Shown here: positions 21,022 through 37,600 of the stretch, one piece after another
Numbering within the stretch: position 1 is the first letter of the stretch
Layout: each line of letters starts with the position of its first letter
DNA from: Eledone cirrhosa
Lineage: Eukaryota
DNA length: 64,000 nucleotides
Direction of reading: 5' to 3'
Assembly (NCBI GenBank): GCA_964016885.1
Contig: OZ024744.1
Span: forward strand, 104,408,001-104,472,000
The notes under the pieces: model-generated
Seen by the model: the letters and a program-made list of their open reading frames with translations, nothing else
Told to the model about the DNA's origin: nothing
Database searches by the model: none
Translations under genes and position numbers: made by a program

Positions 21022-21180
21022 TATCATCGTCATCATCCTCGATTAACGTCCATCTTCCACACTAGCATGGGTTAGACGAGTCCTATTTTGAAGCAAGTTG
21101 TCAGGTGACCGTGTCTCGCTCATATAGGGATGTTTCTGACTGATTTTCTATAGCTGGATGCCCTTCCTAATGCCAACCAC
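21022..21180 (-). mobile_element. Bipartite RTE-derived non-autonomous element
   Basis: Reverse complement reads GTGGTTGGCATTAGGAAGGGCATCCAGCTATAGAAAA...CCCATGCTAGTGTGGAAGATGGACGTTAA..GATGATGACGATG. Confidence 0.8.
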
Positions 21181-21769
21181 ATTTACACATATATATAATT
21201 GTGCATTATACAGCTGAAATATATAATAAATACATATTTATTGTGTGAATGTATATAGATATACACATTGTATATAGCAACTATAGCAACACTATGTCAT
21301 ACAGAATCAAGAAGTACTTGAGATTGCGAGTTTAACTTGAATGATGTGTATGATTGGATAAGTAATTCCATATTTATGCTGTCACAGTGTATATTTGAAA
21401 ATTTAGGTAAATTTAAAGTAAATATAACTAGTTCGTAGCTGAGATTAAATGAAGTATGGCAACATTGTTTCATACACAGGAGCACAGGAGTAGTTATTTA
21501 TTGATGAAACAACAATATTTATTGAAATGCAAGCATGAGAACAAGCTAATGTTTTTCTGTGTAGAAGGAAATAGTTGTGTTTATGCTTCACACATCAGAC
21601 TTTTCACAGTATTTGTTTCTATTTGATAAACAGTATTTATATCTTCCTCTATCTTCAAGTATATACTGTGTTCAAACATAAATACTTATTATTTAATTAT
21701 GTTGCCAAATGTATGCATGCTATGCAAATTAGACTGGTCATTTCAGTTATCTTATATATCCTGTATGAA

Positions 21770-21900
21770 GGATGACAACTGCATTAAAAGGTGCAGAGCA
21801 GTAAAAGTCGATGGAAGCCATGGAGTGGGGAAACCGAAGAAGCCCTGAATGAGGTGATAAAACTAAACTTTCCCAATTGCACCTCTCAAAGGCAATGACA
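21770..21900 (+). mobile_element. Highly decayed RTE C-terminal fragment
   Basis: Reads CRAVKVDGSHGVGKPKKP*NEVI, comparable to CQEMPVEGRRGRGRPQKTWAEVV. Confidence 0.5.
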
Positions 21901-21999
21901 CAGGACCGAGACCTCTGGAGTTACACAGTAATACATAAGACCCGAGTTCCCATGGGTACAAGCCAAAGCTGAAGCATACAGAGAGTATGCCCCTACCTG

Positions 22000-22260
22000 C
22001 TCCCACTGCAAAGTGGTCGTGGAGGTGTCATGACAAAAAGCACCCAGCCCACACTGTAAAGTATGGCCACGGTAAAAAAGCACCCAGTACTCACTGTAAA
22101 TGAGGTTGGCATTAGGAATGGCATCTAGCTGTAGAAATCAAGCCAAAATAAGAAAAACATGGCCACCTGAACTGGCATTGCCCACAACAGGACAACTTGT
22201 CTAATCCATGCTAGCGTGACGGCATCGATGTAAAACAGTGATGATGATGATGATGATGAT
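22000..22260 (+). mobile_element. Bipartite RTE-derived non-autonomous element with internal duplication
   Basis: CCACTGCAAAGTGGTCGTGGAGGTG as at 3915; AAAAAGCACCCAG..CACTGTAAA occurs twice; GGTTGGCATTAGGAATGGCATC; (GAT)n tail. Confidence 0.8.
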
Positions 22261-22734
22261 CCCGTATGACATATAGTGTTGCTATAGTGACATTCCTTTG
22301 TACATGGAACCATAAATGTAGTTATTCTCTGATTAGACAACAATAACCATTGAAATGAAAGTACAAGTATAATCACTTATTTTTGTCTGTATACGGAGGA
22401 ACAGTTGAAAGTGTTTACACTTCATTCTCTTCACTACTAAAGGTTCTAGTTAAAAACAGTAATTATATCTACATTAAGTTTACCTTAAATGTGTGTATGT
22501 ATGTGTGTATATGAATATATAGATACCTGTAAAACACCTTGGATTTATACTTTTTCTAATTTCTAGAAGCTCTCTTTTCTGTCCCTTTATATTAAATCAA
22601 TGAAGAACTGCCAGTCACTCTTTTGAAGATTGAAATCCTTTTGTTTTTCATTGTTAAGCAAATAAGTACGTTCAGGCATTACATATTTTAAAAAATCCCT
22701 GAGTCATCTTTATTGTAAATACATTCAATTGACA

Positions 22735-23070
22735 TAACATGGCTAAATGGTTAGGAGGTTAACTTTACAATTATTAGGTCCTGGGTTCAATCCCACTGTG
22801 TGGTATCTTAGGCAAGCGTCAGTTACTAAAGTCTTGGGGTGACTCAGCCTTCTAAATGAAGGTGATAAGACAGAAATTGTTGAGAAGCCCATCAGATAGA
22901 CTGTACCTGTGAATTCTAATGGCCAGCCATGTCACATGGTGTCATGTGGAATCTCCCTGCAAATACATTAAAAGTATACATACCTGTGAGACTGTGAACC
23001 ACTTACACATTAATTTCATGAACACGCTTTATTGCTGATCAAACAACTAGAAACGTTGTCGTTGAAACTA
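22735..23070 (+). mobile_element. Old tRNA-derived SINE of a third type
   Basis: A box TGGCTAAATGG, B box GGTTCAATCCC, then CTTAGGCAAG; the 3' limit is uncertain. Confidence 0.65.
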
Positions 23071-23149
23071 TTCTAGGAAATTTTCAGTGAAAATTTTCAC
23101 CATTAAATTGTCATCCACTTCATCTGATAACAGCCAGCAGTTTATGACT

Positions 23150-26100
23150 TGCACCATTTTATATCACAATATCATGTTACAGTATACCATGTCATTATAT
23201 TATGTCACACTATACCATGTTACACTATATCACACTATGCCACGTCATACTGTACCACACTATAACGTATGACACTATATCATGTCCTACTATACCACAT
23301 CATACTGTACCACACTATACCATGTCATACTGTACCACACTATACTATGTCATACTGTGCCACACTATACTATATCATACTGTAGCACACTATACTATGG
23401 CATACTGTACCACATTATAACACATCATACTGTACCACAGTATACCACATCATACTGTACCGCACTATACCATGTCATACTGTACCACACTATACTATGT
23501 CATACTGTACCACACTATACTATGGCATACTGTACCACATTATAACACATCATACTGTACCACAGTATACCACATCATATTGTACCGCACTATACCATGT
23601 CATACTGTACCACACTATACCATGTCATACTGTACCACACTATACTATGTCATACTGTGCCACACTATACTATATCATACTGTACCACACTATACTATGG
23701 CATACTGTACCACATTATAACACATCATACTGTACCACAGTATACCACATCATACTGTACCACACTATACCATGTCATACTGTAGAACACTATACTATGT
23801 CATACTGTACCACACTATACTATGGCATACTGTACCACATTATAACACATCATACTGTACCACAGTATACCACATCATATTGTACCGCACTATACCATGT
23901 CATACTGTACCACACTATACCACATCATACTGTACCACACTATACCATGTCATACTGTACCACACTATACCATGCCATACTGTACCACACTATACCACAA
24001 TATACGGTACCACAGTATGCCATGTCATACTTACCACACTATACCATGTCATACTTTACCACACTATACCATGTCATACTTTACCACACTATACCATGTC
24101 ATACTTACCACACTATACCATGTCATACTTACCACACTATACCATGTCATACTGTACCATACTATAGGACGTTATAATGTACCACACTATACCACATCAA
24201 ACTGTCCACACTATACCATGTCATACTATACCACACTGTACCACATTATACTGTACCACACTATACCATGTCATACTATACCACACTATGCCACGTTACA
24301 CTGAACCACACTATACCACATCATACAGTACCACACTATACCATGTCATACTGTACCACACTATACCACATCATACTGTACCACACTATACCACATCATA
24401 CTGTACCACACTATACCACGTTATATTGTACCACACTATACCATGTCATACTTACCACATTATACTATGTCATACTGTACCACACTATAGCACGTTATAC
24501 TGTACCACACTATACCATATCATAATGTACCACATTATACCACATCATACTGTACCACATAATACCATGTCATACTGTACCACATCATACGGTACCAAAC
24601 TATACCATGTCATACTGTACCACACTATACCACGTCATACTGTACCACACTATACCGTGTCATACTGTAGCACACTATACTACATCATACTGTACCACAC
24701 TATAGCACATCATACTGTACCACATTATACTGTACCACACTATACCATGTCATACTGTACCAAACTATACCACTCTATACTGTATCACACTATACCACAT
24801 CATACTCTACCACACTATACCATATCATACTGTACCAAAATATACCATGTCATACTGTACCACACTATACCATGTCATACTTACCACACTATACCATGTC
24901 ATACAGTACCACATTATACCACCTCATACTGTACCACACGATACCACATCATACTGTACCACATCATACTGTACCACACTATACCACACCATACTGTACC
25001 ACACGATACTACATCATACTCTACCACACTATACCACATCATACTATACCACACTATACCATGTCATACTGAACCACACTATAACCTATCATACTGTACC
25101 ACACTATACCACACTATACCATGTCCTACTGTACCACAATATACCATGACATATTGTACCATGTCATGCTGTACCAGCCTATACCACATCATACTTTACC
25201 ACACTATACCACATCATACTGTACCACACTATACCATGTCATACTATACCACACTGTACCACATTATACTGTACCACACTATACCATGTCATACTGTACC
25301 ACACTATACTACATCATACTGTACCACACCATACCACAACATACTGTACCACACTATACCATGTCATACTGTACCACAATATACCATGTCATGCTGTACC
25401 ACACTATACCACATCATACTGTACCACACTATACCATGTCATACTGTACCACACTATACCACACTATACTGTACCACAATATAACACATCATACTGTACC
25501 ACACTATACCATGTCATAGTGTACCACACCATACCACATGATAGAGTACCACACTATACCACATCATACTGAACGATACTATACCATATCATACTGTACC
25601 ACACTATACCACATCATACTGTACCACACTACACCATGTCATACTCTACCACACTATACCATGGCATACTGTGCTACACTATACCATGTCATACTGTACC
25701 ACACTATACCATGTCATACTCTACCACACTAAACCACATCATACTGTACCATGTCATACTGTACCACACTATAACATGCCATGCTGTATCACACTATACC
25801 CTGTCATACTGTACTACACTATACCACGTCATATTGTACCACACTACACCATGTCATACTTACCACATTATACCATGTCATACTGTACCACACTATACCA
25901 CATTATACTGTACCACATTATACTGTACCACATTATACCATCTCATACTGTATCACACTATACCACATCATACTTTACCACACCATACCACATCACACTG
26001 TACCACATCATTCTGTACCACACTATACCACATCATACTGTACAACACTATGCCATGTCATACTTTACCATAATATACCACGTCATAGTGTACCACACTA

Positions 26101-28600
26101 TACCCTCTCATACTCCACCACACTATACCATGTCATACTGTACCACACTATACTAAATCATACTGTATCACACTATACCACATCATACTGTACCACACTA
26201 TACGACATCATACTGTACCACACTATACCATGTCATACTGTACCACACCATACCATGTCATAGTGTACCACACTGTACCACATCATACTGTACCACACTA
26301 TACCACATCATACTGTATCACATTATATCACATCATACTATACCACACTATACCATTCCATAATGTACCAGACTATACCATGCCATACTGTACCACACTA
26401 TACCACACCGCCCTATACAACACCGCCCTATACAACAGCATGCTGTACCACACTACAACACATCAGAATGTACCACATCATAATGTACCACACTATATCA
26501 CATCATACTGTACCACATAATACCATGTCATACTCTACCATGCTGTACCACATCATATTGTACCACACTATATCATGTCATACTGTAGCACACTATACAT
26601 GTCATACTGTACCATACTATACCATGTCATACTGTACCACACTATACTACATCATACTGTACCACACTATACCACATCATACTGTACCACACTATTCCAT
26701 GTCATACTTACCACACTATACCATATCATACTGTACCACACTAAACCATGTCATACTGTACCACACTATTCCATGTCATACTTACCACACTATACCATAT
26801 CATACTGTACCACACTATACCACGTCATACTGTACCACACTATACAACATCACACTGTACCACATCATGCTGTACCACACCATACCACAACATACTGTAC
26901 CACACTGTAACATGTCATACTGTTCCACACTACACGACATCATACTGTACCACACTATACCACATCATACTATACCACACTATACCATATCATACTGTAC
27001 CACACTATACCATGTCATACTGTACCACACTATACCATGCAATACTGTACCATACTATACGATGTTATACTGTACCATCCTAAAACCACATCATACTGTA
27101 CCACACTATACCACGTCAAACTGTACCACACTATACCATGTCATACTGAACCACACTGTAACACATCATACTGTACCACACTATACCACATCATACTGTA
27201 CCACACTATACCAAATCATACTGGACCACACTATACCATATCATACTGTACCACACTATACCATGTCATACTGTACCACACTATACCACACTATACTGTA
27301 CCACACTATAACACATTATACTGTACCACACTATATCACATCATATTGTACCACACTATACCATATCATATGTACCACACTATACAATGTCATACTGTAC
27401 CACACAAGACCACGTCATACTGAACCACACTATACCACACTGTACCATATTATACCACGTTATACTGTACTGCACTATACCATATTATACTGTACCACAG
27501 TATACCATGTCATACTGTACCACACTATACCATGTCATACTGTACCATGTCATACTGTATCACACTATACCATGTCATACTGTACCACACCATACCATGT
27601 CATACTGTACCACATCATACTGTACCACACTATACCACATCATACTGTACCACACTATACCATATCATAATGTACCACATTATACCACATCATACTGTAC
27701 CACATAATACCATGTCATACGGTACCAAACTATACCATGTCATTCTGTACCACACTATACCATGTCATACTTACCTCACTATACCATATCATACTGTACC
27801 ACACTATACCACGTCATACTGTACAACACTATACAACATCATACTGTACCACACTATACAACATCATACTGTACCACACTATAACACATCATACTGTTAC
27901 ACACTATACCACATCATATTGTACCACAATATACCATGTCATACTGTATCACACTATACCATGTCATACTGTACCACACGATACCACACTGTACCACATT
28001 ATACCATGTTATACTGTACCGCACTATACCATATTATACTGTACCACAGTATATCATGTCATACTGTACCACACTATACCATGTCATACTGTATCACACT
28101 ATACCATGTCATACTGTACCACACCATACCATGTCATACTGTATCACATCATACTGTACCACACTATACCATGTCATACTGTATGAGACTATACCATGTC
28201 ATACTGTACCACACTATACCACGTTATACTATACCACACTATACCACAACATACTGTACCACACTATACCACATGATCCTGTACTAAACCATACCACATC
28301 ATACTGTACCAGACTATACCATGTCATACTGTACCACACTATATCACATCATACTGTACCACAATGTACCACATGATACTTACCACACTATACCACATCA
28401 TACTGTACCATACTATACAACATCATACTGTACCACAGTATACCACATCATACTGTACCACACTGTACCAAAACATACTGTACCACACTATACCACATCA
28501 TATTGGACCACACTATACCATGTCATACTGTACCACACTATACCAGGTCATACTGTGCCATACTATACCATGTCATATTGTAACAGATTATACCATGTCA
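23150..28600. repeat. Satellite A: 25-bp monomer CATAC-TGTAC-CACAC-TATAC-CAYRT
   Basis: About 5.4 kb of tandem monomers with 5-bp block indels. Confidence 0.98.
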
Positions 28601-31600
28601 TAATATCTCACTCTATACCATGTCAAAATATCTCACTCTATACCATGCCACAATATCTCACTCTATACCATGTCATATCTCACTCTATAACATGTCACAA
28701 TATCTCACTCTATACCATGTCATAATATCTCATTCTATATCATGTCATAATATCTCACTCTATATCATGTCACATTATCACACTATAACATGTCACAATA
28801 TCTCACTCTATACCATGTTACAATATCTCACTCTATACCATGTCATAATTTCTCATTCTATACCATGTCACAATATCTCACTCTATACCATGTCATAATA
28901 TCTCACTCTATATCATGTCACAATATCTCACTCTATACCATGTTACAATAACTCACTCTATACCATGTAATGATATCTCACTCTATACCATGTCATTATA
29001 TCTCACTCTATACCATGTCACAATAACTCACTCTATACCATGTAATAATATCTCACTCTATACCATGTCATTATATCTCACTCTATATGATGTCGTAATA
29101 TCTCACTCTATATCATGTCACAGTATCACTTCATATCGTGTAGAGAATATCTCATTTTATGCGATGTAATAATATCTCACTCTATACCATGTTACAATAT
29201 CTCAACTCTATATCATGTCACAATATTGATATCTCTCTCAATAACATGTCACAATATTAATATCTCTCACCTAATAACATGTCACAATATCTCACTCTAT
29301 ACCATGTCATAATATCTCACTCTATATCATGTCATATTATTGATATCTCACTCTATACCATGTTATAATATCTCACTGTATAACATGTCAGAATATTAAT
29401 ATCTCACTGTATAAGATGTGACAAATTAATATCTCACTCTATATCATATCGTAATATCTCACTCTATGTCATAATATTGATATCTCACTACATATCATGT
29501 TATAAAATCTCACTCTATACCATGTCACAATATCTCACTCTATACCATGTCATAATTTCTCACTCTATAACATGTCACAATATCTCACTCTATACCATGT
29601 CATATCTCACTCTATAAATTGTCACAATATCTCACTCTATACCATGTCACAATCTCTCACTCTGTACCATGTTACAATATATCACTCTATACCATGTCAC
29701 AATATCTCACACTATATCATGTGACAATATCTCAGTGTATAACATGTCATAATATCTCACTCTATACCATGTTACAATATCTCACTCTATATCATGTCAC
29801 AATATTGATATCTCACTCTATACCATGTCACAATATTAATATCTCACTCTATACCATGTCACAATATTAATATTTCTCACCTTATAACATGTCACAATGT
29901 CTCACTCTATACCCTGTTATAATATCTCACTCTATATCATGTCATAATATTGATATCTCACTCTATACCAAGTTATAATATCTCACTCTAAATCATGTCG
30001 TAATATCTCACTCTATATCATGTCATAATATTGATATCTCACTCCATACCATGTCAAAATATCTCCCTCTGTAACATGTCACAATATTAATATCTCACTG
30101 TATAACTTCCTACAATATTAGCATCTTACTCTATAGCATGTCACAATATTAATATCTCACTGTATAACATGTCACAATATCTCACTCTATACCATGTCAC
30201 TATATCTCACTCTATCCCATGTAATAATATCTCACTCTATATCATGTCCCAATATCTCATTCTATACCATGTCACAATATGTCACTCTATACCATGTCAT
30301 TATATCTCACTCTATATCATATCATAATATCTCACTCTATATTATGTCGTAATATCTCACTCTATATCATGTCACAATATTAATATCTCACTGTATAACA
30401 TGCTACAATATTAACATCTTACTCTATAGCATGTCACTATATTAATATCTCACTGTATAACATGTCACAATATCTCACTCTATACCATGTCACAATATCT
30501 CACTCTATATCATGTCACAATATCTCACTGTATAATATGTCATAATATCTCACTCTATACCATGTTACAATATCTCAATTTATACCATGTCACAATATTA
30601 ATATCTCTCACCTTATAACATGTCACAATATCTCACTCTATACCATGTCATAATATTGATATCTCACTCCATACCATGTTATAATATCTCACTTTGTAAC
30701 ATGTAACAATATTAATATCTCAATGTAAAACATGCTACAATATTAACATCTTACTCTATAGCATGTCACAATATTAATATCTCACTGTATAACATGCTAC
30801 AATATTAACATCTTACTCTATAGCATGTCACAATATTAACATCTCACTGTATAACCTGTCACAAGATCTCAGTCTATACCATGTCACAATATCTCATTCT
30901 ATGCCATGTAATAATATCTCACTCTATACCATCTCACAATATCTCACTCTATATCATGTCACAATATCTCACTGTATAACATGTCATAATATCTCACTCT
31001 ATACCATATCATATCTCACTCTATACCATGTCATAATTTCTCACTCTATACCATGTCACAATATCTCATTCTATACCATGCCACAATATTTCAGTCTATA
31101 TCATGTCATATCTCACTCTATAAGATGTCACAACATCTCACTGTATACCATGTCACAATATCTCACTCTATAATGTGTCATAATATCTCACTCTATATCA
31201 TGTCACAATATCTCACTGTATACAATGTCACAATATCTCACTCTATAATGTGTCACAACATCTCACTCTATATCATATCATATCTTTCACTATACCATGT
31301 CATAATATCTCACTCTATACCAAGTCACAATATCTAACTCTATACCGTGTCATAATATCTCACTCTATACCCTGTCACAATATCTCACTCTATACAATAT
31401 CACAATATCTAACTCTATATCATGTCATAATATCTCACTCTATACCATGTCACAGTGGCTCACTCTATACCATGTCACAGTGTCTCATTCTATATCATGT
31501 CACAATATCTCCCTCTATATCATGTCACAACATCTCACTCTATAACATGTCACAATATCTCACTCTATACCATGTCACAATATCTCACTCTATATCATGA

Positions 31601-34600
31601 CACAATATCTGACTGTATAACATGTCATAATATCTCACTCTATACCATGTTACAATATCTCGCTCTATATCATGTCATATCTCACCCTATAAAATGTCAC
31701 GATATCTCACTGTATACCATGTCACAAATTCTCACTCTATAATATGTCATAATATCTCACTCTATATCATATCATATCTCACTCTATACCATGTCATAAT
31801 ATCTCACTCTATACCATGTCACAGTAACTCACTCTATATCATGTCACAATATCCCACTCTATACTATGTCACAATATCTCATTCTATATCATGTCACAAT
31901 ATCTCACTCTATACTATGTCACAATATCTCACTCTATATCATGTCACAATATCTCACTCTATAACATGTCATAATATCTCACTCTATACCATGTAACAAT
32001 ATCCAACTCTATACCATGTCATCATATCTCACTCTATACCATGGCACAGTATCTCACTCTATTTCATGTCACAATATCTCACTCTATACCATGTCATAAT
32101 ATTTCACTCTATACCATGTCACAATATCTCACCCTATGCCATGTAATAATATCTCACTCTGTACCAAGTCACAATATCTCACTCTATATCATGACACAAT
32201 ATCTCACTGTATAACATGTCATAATATCTCACTGTATACAATGTTACAATATCTCACTCTATACCATGTCACAATATTAATATCTCGCACCTTATAACAT
32301 GTCACAATATCTCACTCTATACCATGTCATAGTATCTCACTCATTATCTTGTCATAATATTGATATCTCACTCTATAACATGTCATAATATCTTACTCTA
32401 TACCATGTCACAATATCTCACTTTATACATTGCCACAATATCTCAATCTATACCATGTGATATCTCACTCTATAACCTGTCACAATATCTCATTCTATAC
32501 CATGGCACAATATCTCACTCTATAACATGTCATATTATCTAACTCTATACCATGTTATAATATCTCACTCTATATTATGTCCCAATATCTCAATCTATAC
32601 CATGTCACAATATGTCACTCTATACCATGTCATTATATCTCACTCTATATCATATCATAATATCTCACTCTATATTATGTCGTAATATCTCACTCTATAT
32701 CATGTCAAAATATTAATATCTCATTGTATAACATGCTACAATATTAACATCTTACTCTATAGCATGTCACTATATTAATATCTCACTGTATAACATGTCA
32801 CAATATCTCACTCTATACCATGTCACAATATCTCACTCTATATCATGTCATAATATCTCACTCTATACCATGTTACAATATCTCAATCTATACCATGTCA
32901 CAATATTAATATCTCTCACCTTATAACATGTCACAATATCTCACTCTATACCATATCATAATATCTTACTCTATATCATGTCATAATATTGATATCTGAC
33001 TCTATACCATGTTATAATATCTCACTGTATAACATTTCACAATATTAATATCTCACTGTATTACATGTGACAATAATAATATCTCACACTATATCATGTC
33101 ATATTATTGATATCTCACTACATACCATGTTATAATATCTCACGCTATACCATGTCACAATATCTCACTCTATGCCATGTAATCATATCTCACTCCATAC
33201 CATGTCACAATATCTCACACTATATCATGTCATAATATTGATATCTGACTACATACCATTTTATAATATCTCACTCTATACCATGTCACAATATCTCACT
33301 CTGTAACATGTCATAATATCTCACTCTATATTATATCATATATCACTCTATACCATGTCATAATTTCTCACTCTATACCATGTCACAATATCTCACTCTA
33401 TACCATGTCATATCTCACTCTATAAAATGTCATAATATCTCACTCTATACCATGTCACAATATCTCACTCTATACCATGTCACAATATCTCACTCTATAT
33501 CAAGTCACAATATCACTCTATACCATGTTACAATATCTCACTCTATACCATGTCATAATATCTCACTCTATATCCTGTCACATTATCTCACTCTATAACA
33601 TGCCACAATGTCTCACTCTATACCATGTCACAATATCTCACTCTATGCCATGTCACAATATCTCACTCTATATCATGTCACAATGTCTCACTCTATATCA
33701 TGTCACAATATCTCACTATTTAACATATCACAATATTAATATCTAACTGTATAACATGTCACAATATTAATATCTCACTGTATAACATGTGACAATAATA
33801 ATATCTCACTCTATACCATGTCACAATATCTCACTCTGTAACAGGTCATAATATCTCACTCTATAATATCTCACTCTATATTATATCATATCTCACTCTA
33901 TAACGTGTCATAATTTCTCACTCTATACCATGTCACAATATCTCACTCTATACCATGTCACAATATCTCACTCTATACCATGTCACAATATCTCACTCTA
34001 TACCATGTCAGAATATCTCACTCTATATCAAGTCACAATATCACTCTATACCATGTCACAATATTTCACTCTATACCATGTCATAATTTCTCACTCTATA
34101 TCCTGTCATAATATCTCACTCTATAACATGCCACAATGTCTCACTCTATACCATGTCACAACATCTCACTCTATACCATATCACAATATCTAACTCTATA
34201 CCATATCATAATATCTCACTCTATACCATGTCACAGTGTCTCACTCTATATCATGTCACAATATCTCACTCTATAACATGTCACAATATCTCACTCTATA
34301 CCATGTCAGAATATCTCACTCTATCTCATGTCACAATATCACTCTATACCATGTTACAATATCACTCTATACAATGTCATAATATCTCACTCTATATCAT
34401 GTCACAATATCTAACTCTATACCATGTCATAATATCTCACTCTATACCATGTCATAGTATCTCACTCATTATCTTGTCATAATATTGATATCTCAGTCTA
34501 TACCATGTTACAATATCTCACTCTATAACATGTCATAATATCTCACTCTATACCATATCACAATATCTCACTCTATACCATGTCACAATATCTCACTCTA

Positions 34601-37600
34601 TAACATGTCACAATATCTCACTCTTTACCATGTCAGAATATCTTACTTTATACCCTGTCACAATATCTCATTCTATGCCATGTAATAATATCTCACTCTA
34701 TACTATGTCACAATATCTCACTCTATATCATGACACAATATCTCACTGTATAACATGTCATAATATCTCACTCTATACCATGTCACAATATCTCACTCTA
34801 TAACATGTCACAATATCTCACTCTTTACCATGTCAGAATATCTTACTTTATACCCTGTCACAATATCTCATTCTATGCCATGTAATAATATCTCACTCTA
34901 TACTATGTCACAATATCTCACTCTATATCATGACACAATATCTCACTGTATAACATGTCATAATATCTCACTCTATACCATGTTACAATATCTCACTCTA
35001 TATCATGTCATATCACACCCTATAAAATGTCACAATATCTCACTCTATATCATATCATATCTCACTCTATACCATGTCATAATATCTCACTCTATACCAT
35101 GTCACAGTATCTCACTCTATATCATGTCACAATATCTCACTCTATAACATGTCATAATATCTCACTCTATACCATGTAACAATATCCAACTCTATACCAT
35201 GTCATCATATCTCACTCTATACCATGTCACAGTATCTCACTCTATTTCATGTCACAATATCTCATTCTATACCATGTCACAATATCTCACTCTATATCAT
35301 GTCACAATACCTCACTCTATAACATGTCACAATATCTCACTCTATACCATGTCATAATATTTCACTCTATACCATGTCACAGTGTCTCACTCTATATCAT
35401 GTCACAATATCTCACTCTATAACATGTCACAATATCTTACGCTGTACCATGTCATAATATCTCACTCTATACCATGTCACTCTATGCCATGTAATAATAT
35501 CCAACTCTATACCATGTCATCATATCTCACTCTATACCATGTCACAGTATCTCACTCTATTTCATGTCACAATATCTCATTCTATACCATGTCACAATAT
35601 CTCACTCTATATCATGTCACAATACCTCACTCTATAACATGTCACAATATCTCACTCTATACCATGTCATAATATTTCACTCTATACCATGTCACAATAT
35701 CTCACTCTATGCCATGTAATAATATCTCACTCTATACCATGTCACAATATCTCACTCTATGTCATGACACAATATCTCACTGTATAACATGTCATAATAT
35801 CTCACTGTATACAATGTTACAATATCTCACTCTATACCATGTCACAATATTAATATCTCGCACCTTATAACATGTCACAATATCTCACTCTATACCATGT
35901 CATAGTATCTCACTCATTATCTTGTCATAATATTGATATCTCAGTCTATACCATGTTACAATATCTCACTCTATAACATGTCATAATATCTCACTCTATA
36001 CCATATCACAATATCTAACTCTATACCATGTCATAATATCTCACTCTATACCATGTCACAGTGTCTCACTCTATATCATGTCACAATATCTCACTCTATA
36101 ACATGTCATAATATCTCACTCTATATCATGTCACAATGTCTCACTCTATATCATGTCACAATATCTCACTGTTTAACATTTCACAATATTAATATCTAAC
36201 TGTATAACATGTCACAATATTAATATCTCACTGTATAACATGTGACAATAATAATATCTCACTCTATACCATGTCACAATATCTCACTCTGTAACAGGTC
36301 ATAATATCTCACTCTATAATATCTCACTCTATATCATATCATATCTCACTCTATACCATGTCATAATTTCTCACTCTATACCATGTTAGAATATCTCACT
36401 CTATACAATGCCACAATATCTCACTCTATAACATGTCATATCTCACTCTATAACATGTCACAATATCTCACTGTATACCATGTCAAAAACTCTCACTCTA
36501 TAATATGTCATAATATCTCACTCTATATCATATCATATCTTACTCTATACCATGTCACAATATCTCAGTCTATATCATGTCACAATATCTCACACTATAC
36601 TATGTCACAATATCTCACTCTATAACATGTCACAATATCTCACTCTATACCATGTCACAATATCTCAATCTATATCATGTCACAATATCTCACTCTATAC
36701 CATGTCACAATATCTCACTCTATACCATGTCATAATATCTCACTCTATACCATGTCACAATATCTCACTCTATAACATGTCACAATATCTCACTCTTTAC
36801 CATGTCAGAATATCTTACTTTATACCCTGTCACAATATCTCATTCTATGCCATGTAATAATATCTCACTCTATACCATGTCACAATATCTCACTCTATAT
36901 CATGACACAATATCTCACTGTATAATATGTCATAATATCTCACCCTATACCATGTTACAAAATCTCACTCTATACCATGTCACAAAATAATATATCTCAC
37001 GTTATAACATGTCACAATATCTCACTCTATATCATGTCATAATATTGATATCTCACTCTATACCATGTTATAATATCTCAGTGTATAACATGTCACAATA
37101 TTAATATCTTAATGTATAACATGTGACAATATTAATATCTCATCTATATCATGTCGTAATGTCTAACTCTATATCATGTCATAATATTGATAACTCACTA
37201 CATACCATGTTATAATATCTCACTCTAGAACATGTCATAATATATCACTCTATACCCTGTCACAATATCTCACTCTATAACAGGTCATAATATCTCACTC
37301 TATAATATGTCATAAGATCTCACTCTATATTATATCATATCTCACTCTATACCACGTCGTAATTTCTCACTCTATACCATGAAATGTCTCACTCTATAAC
37401 ATGTCACAATATCTCACTCTATACCATGTCACAATATCTCACTCTATAACATGTCATAATATCTCATTCTATACCATGTTATAATATCTCACTCTATATC
37501 ATGTCCTAATATCTCACTCTATATCATGTCACAATATCACTCTATACTATGTCACAATATCCCACTCTATATCATGTCATAATATTGATATCTCACTCCA

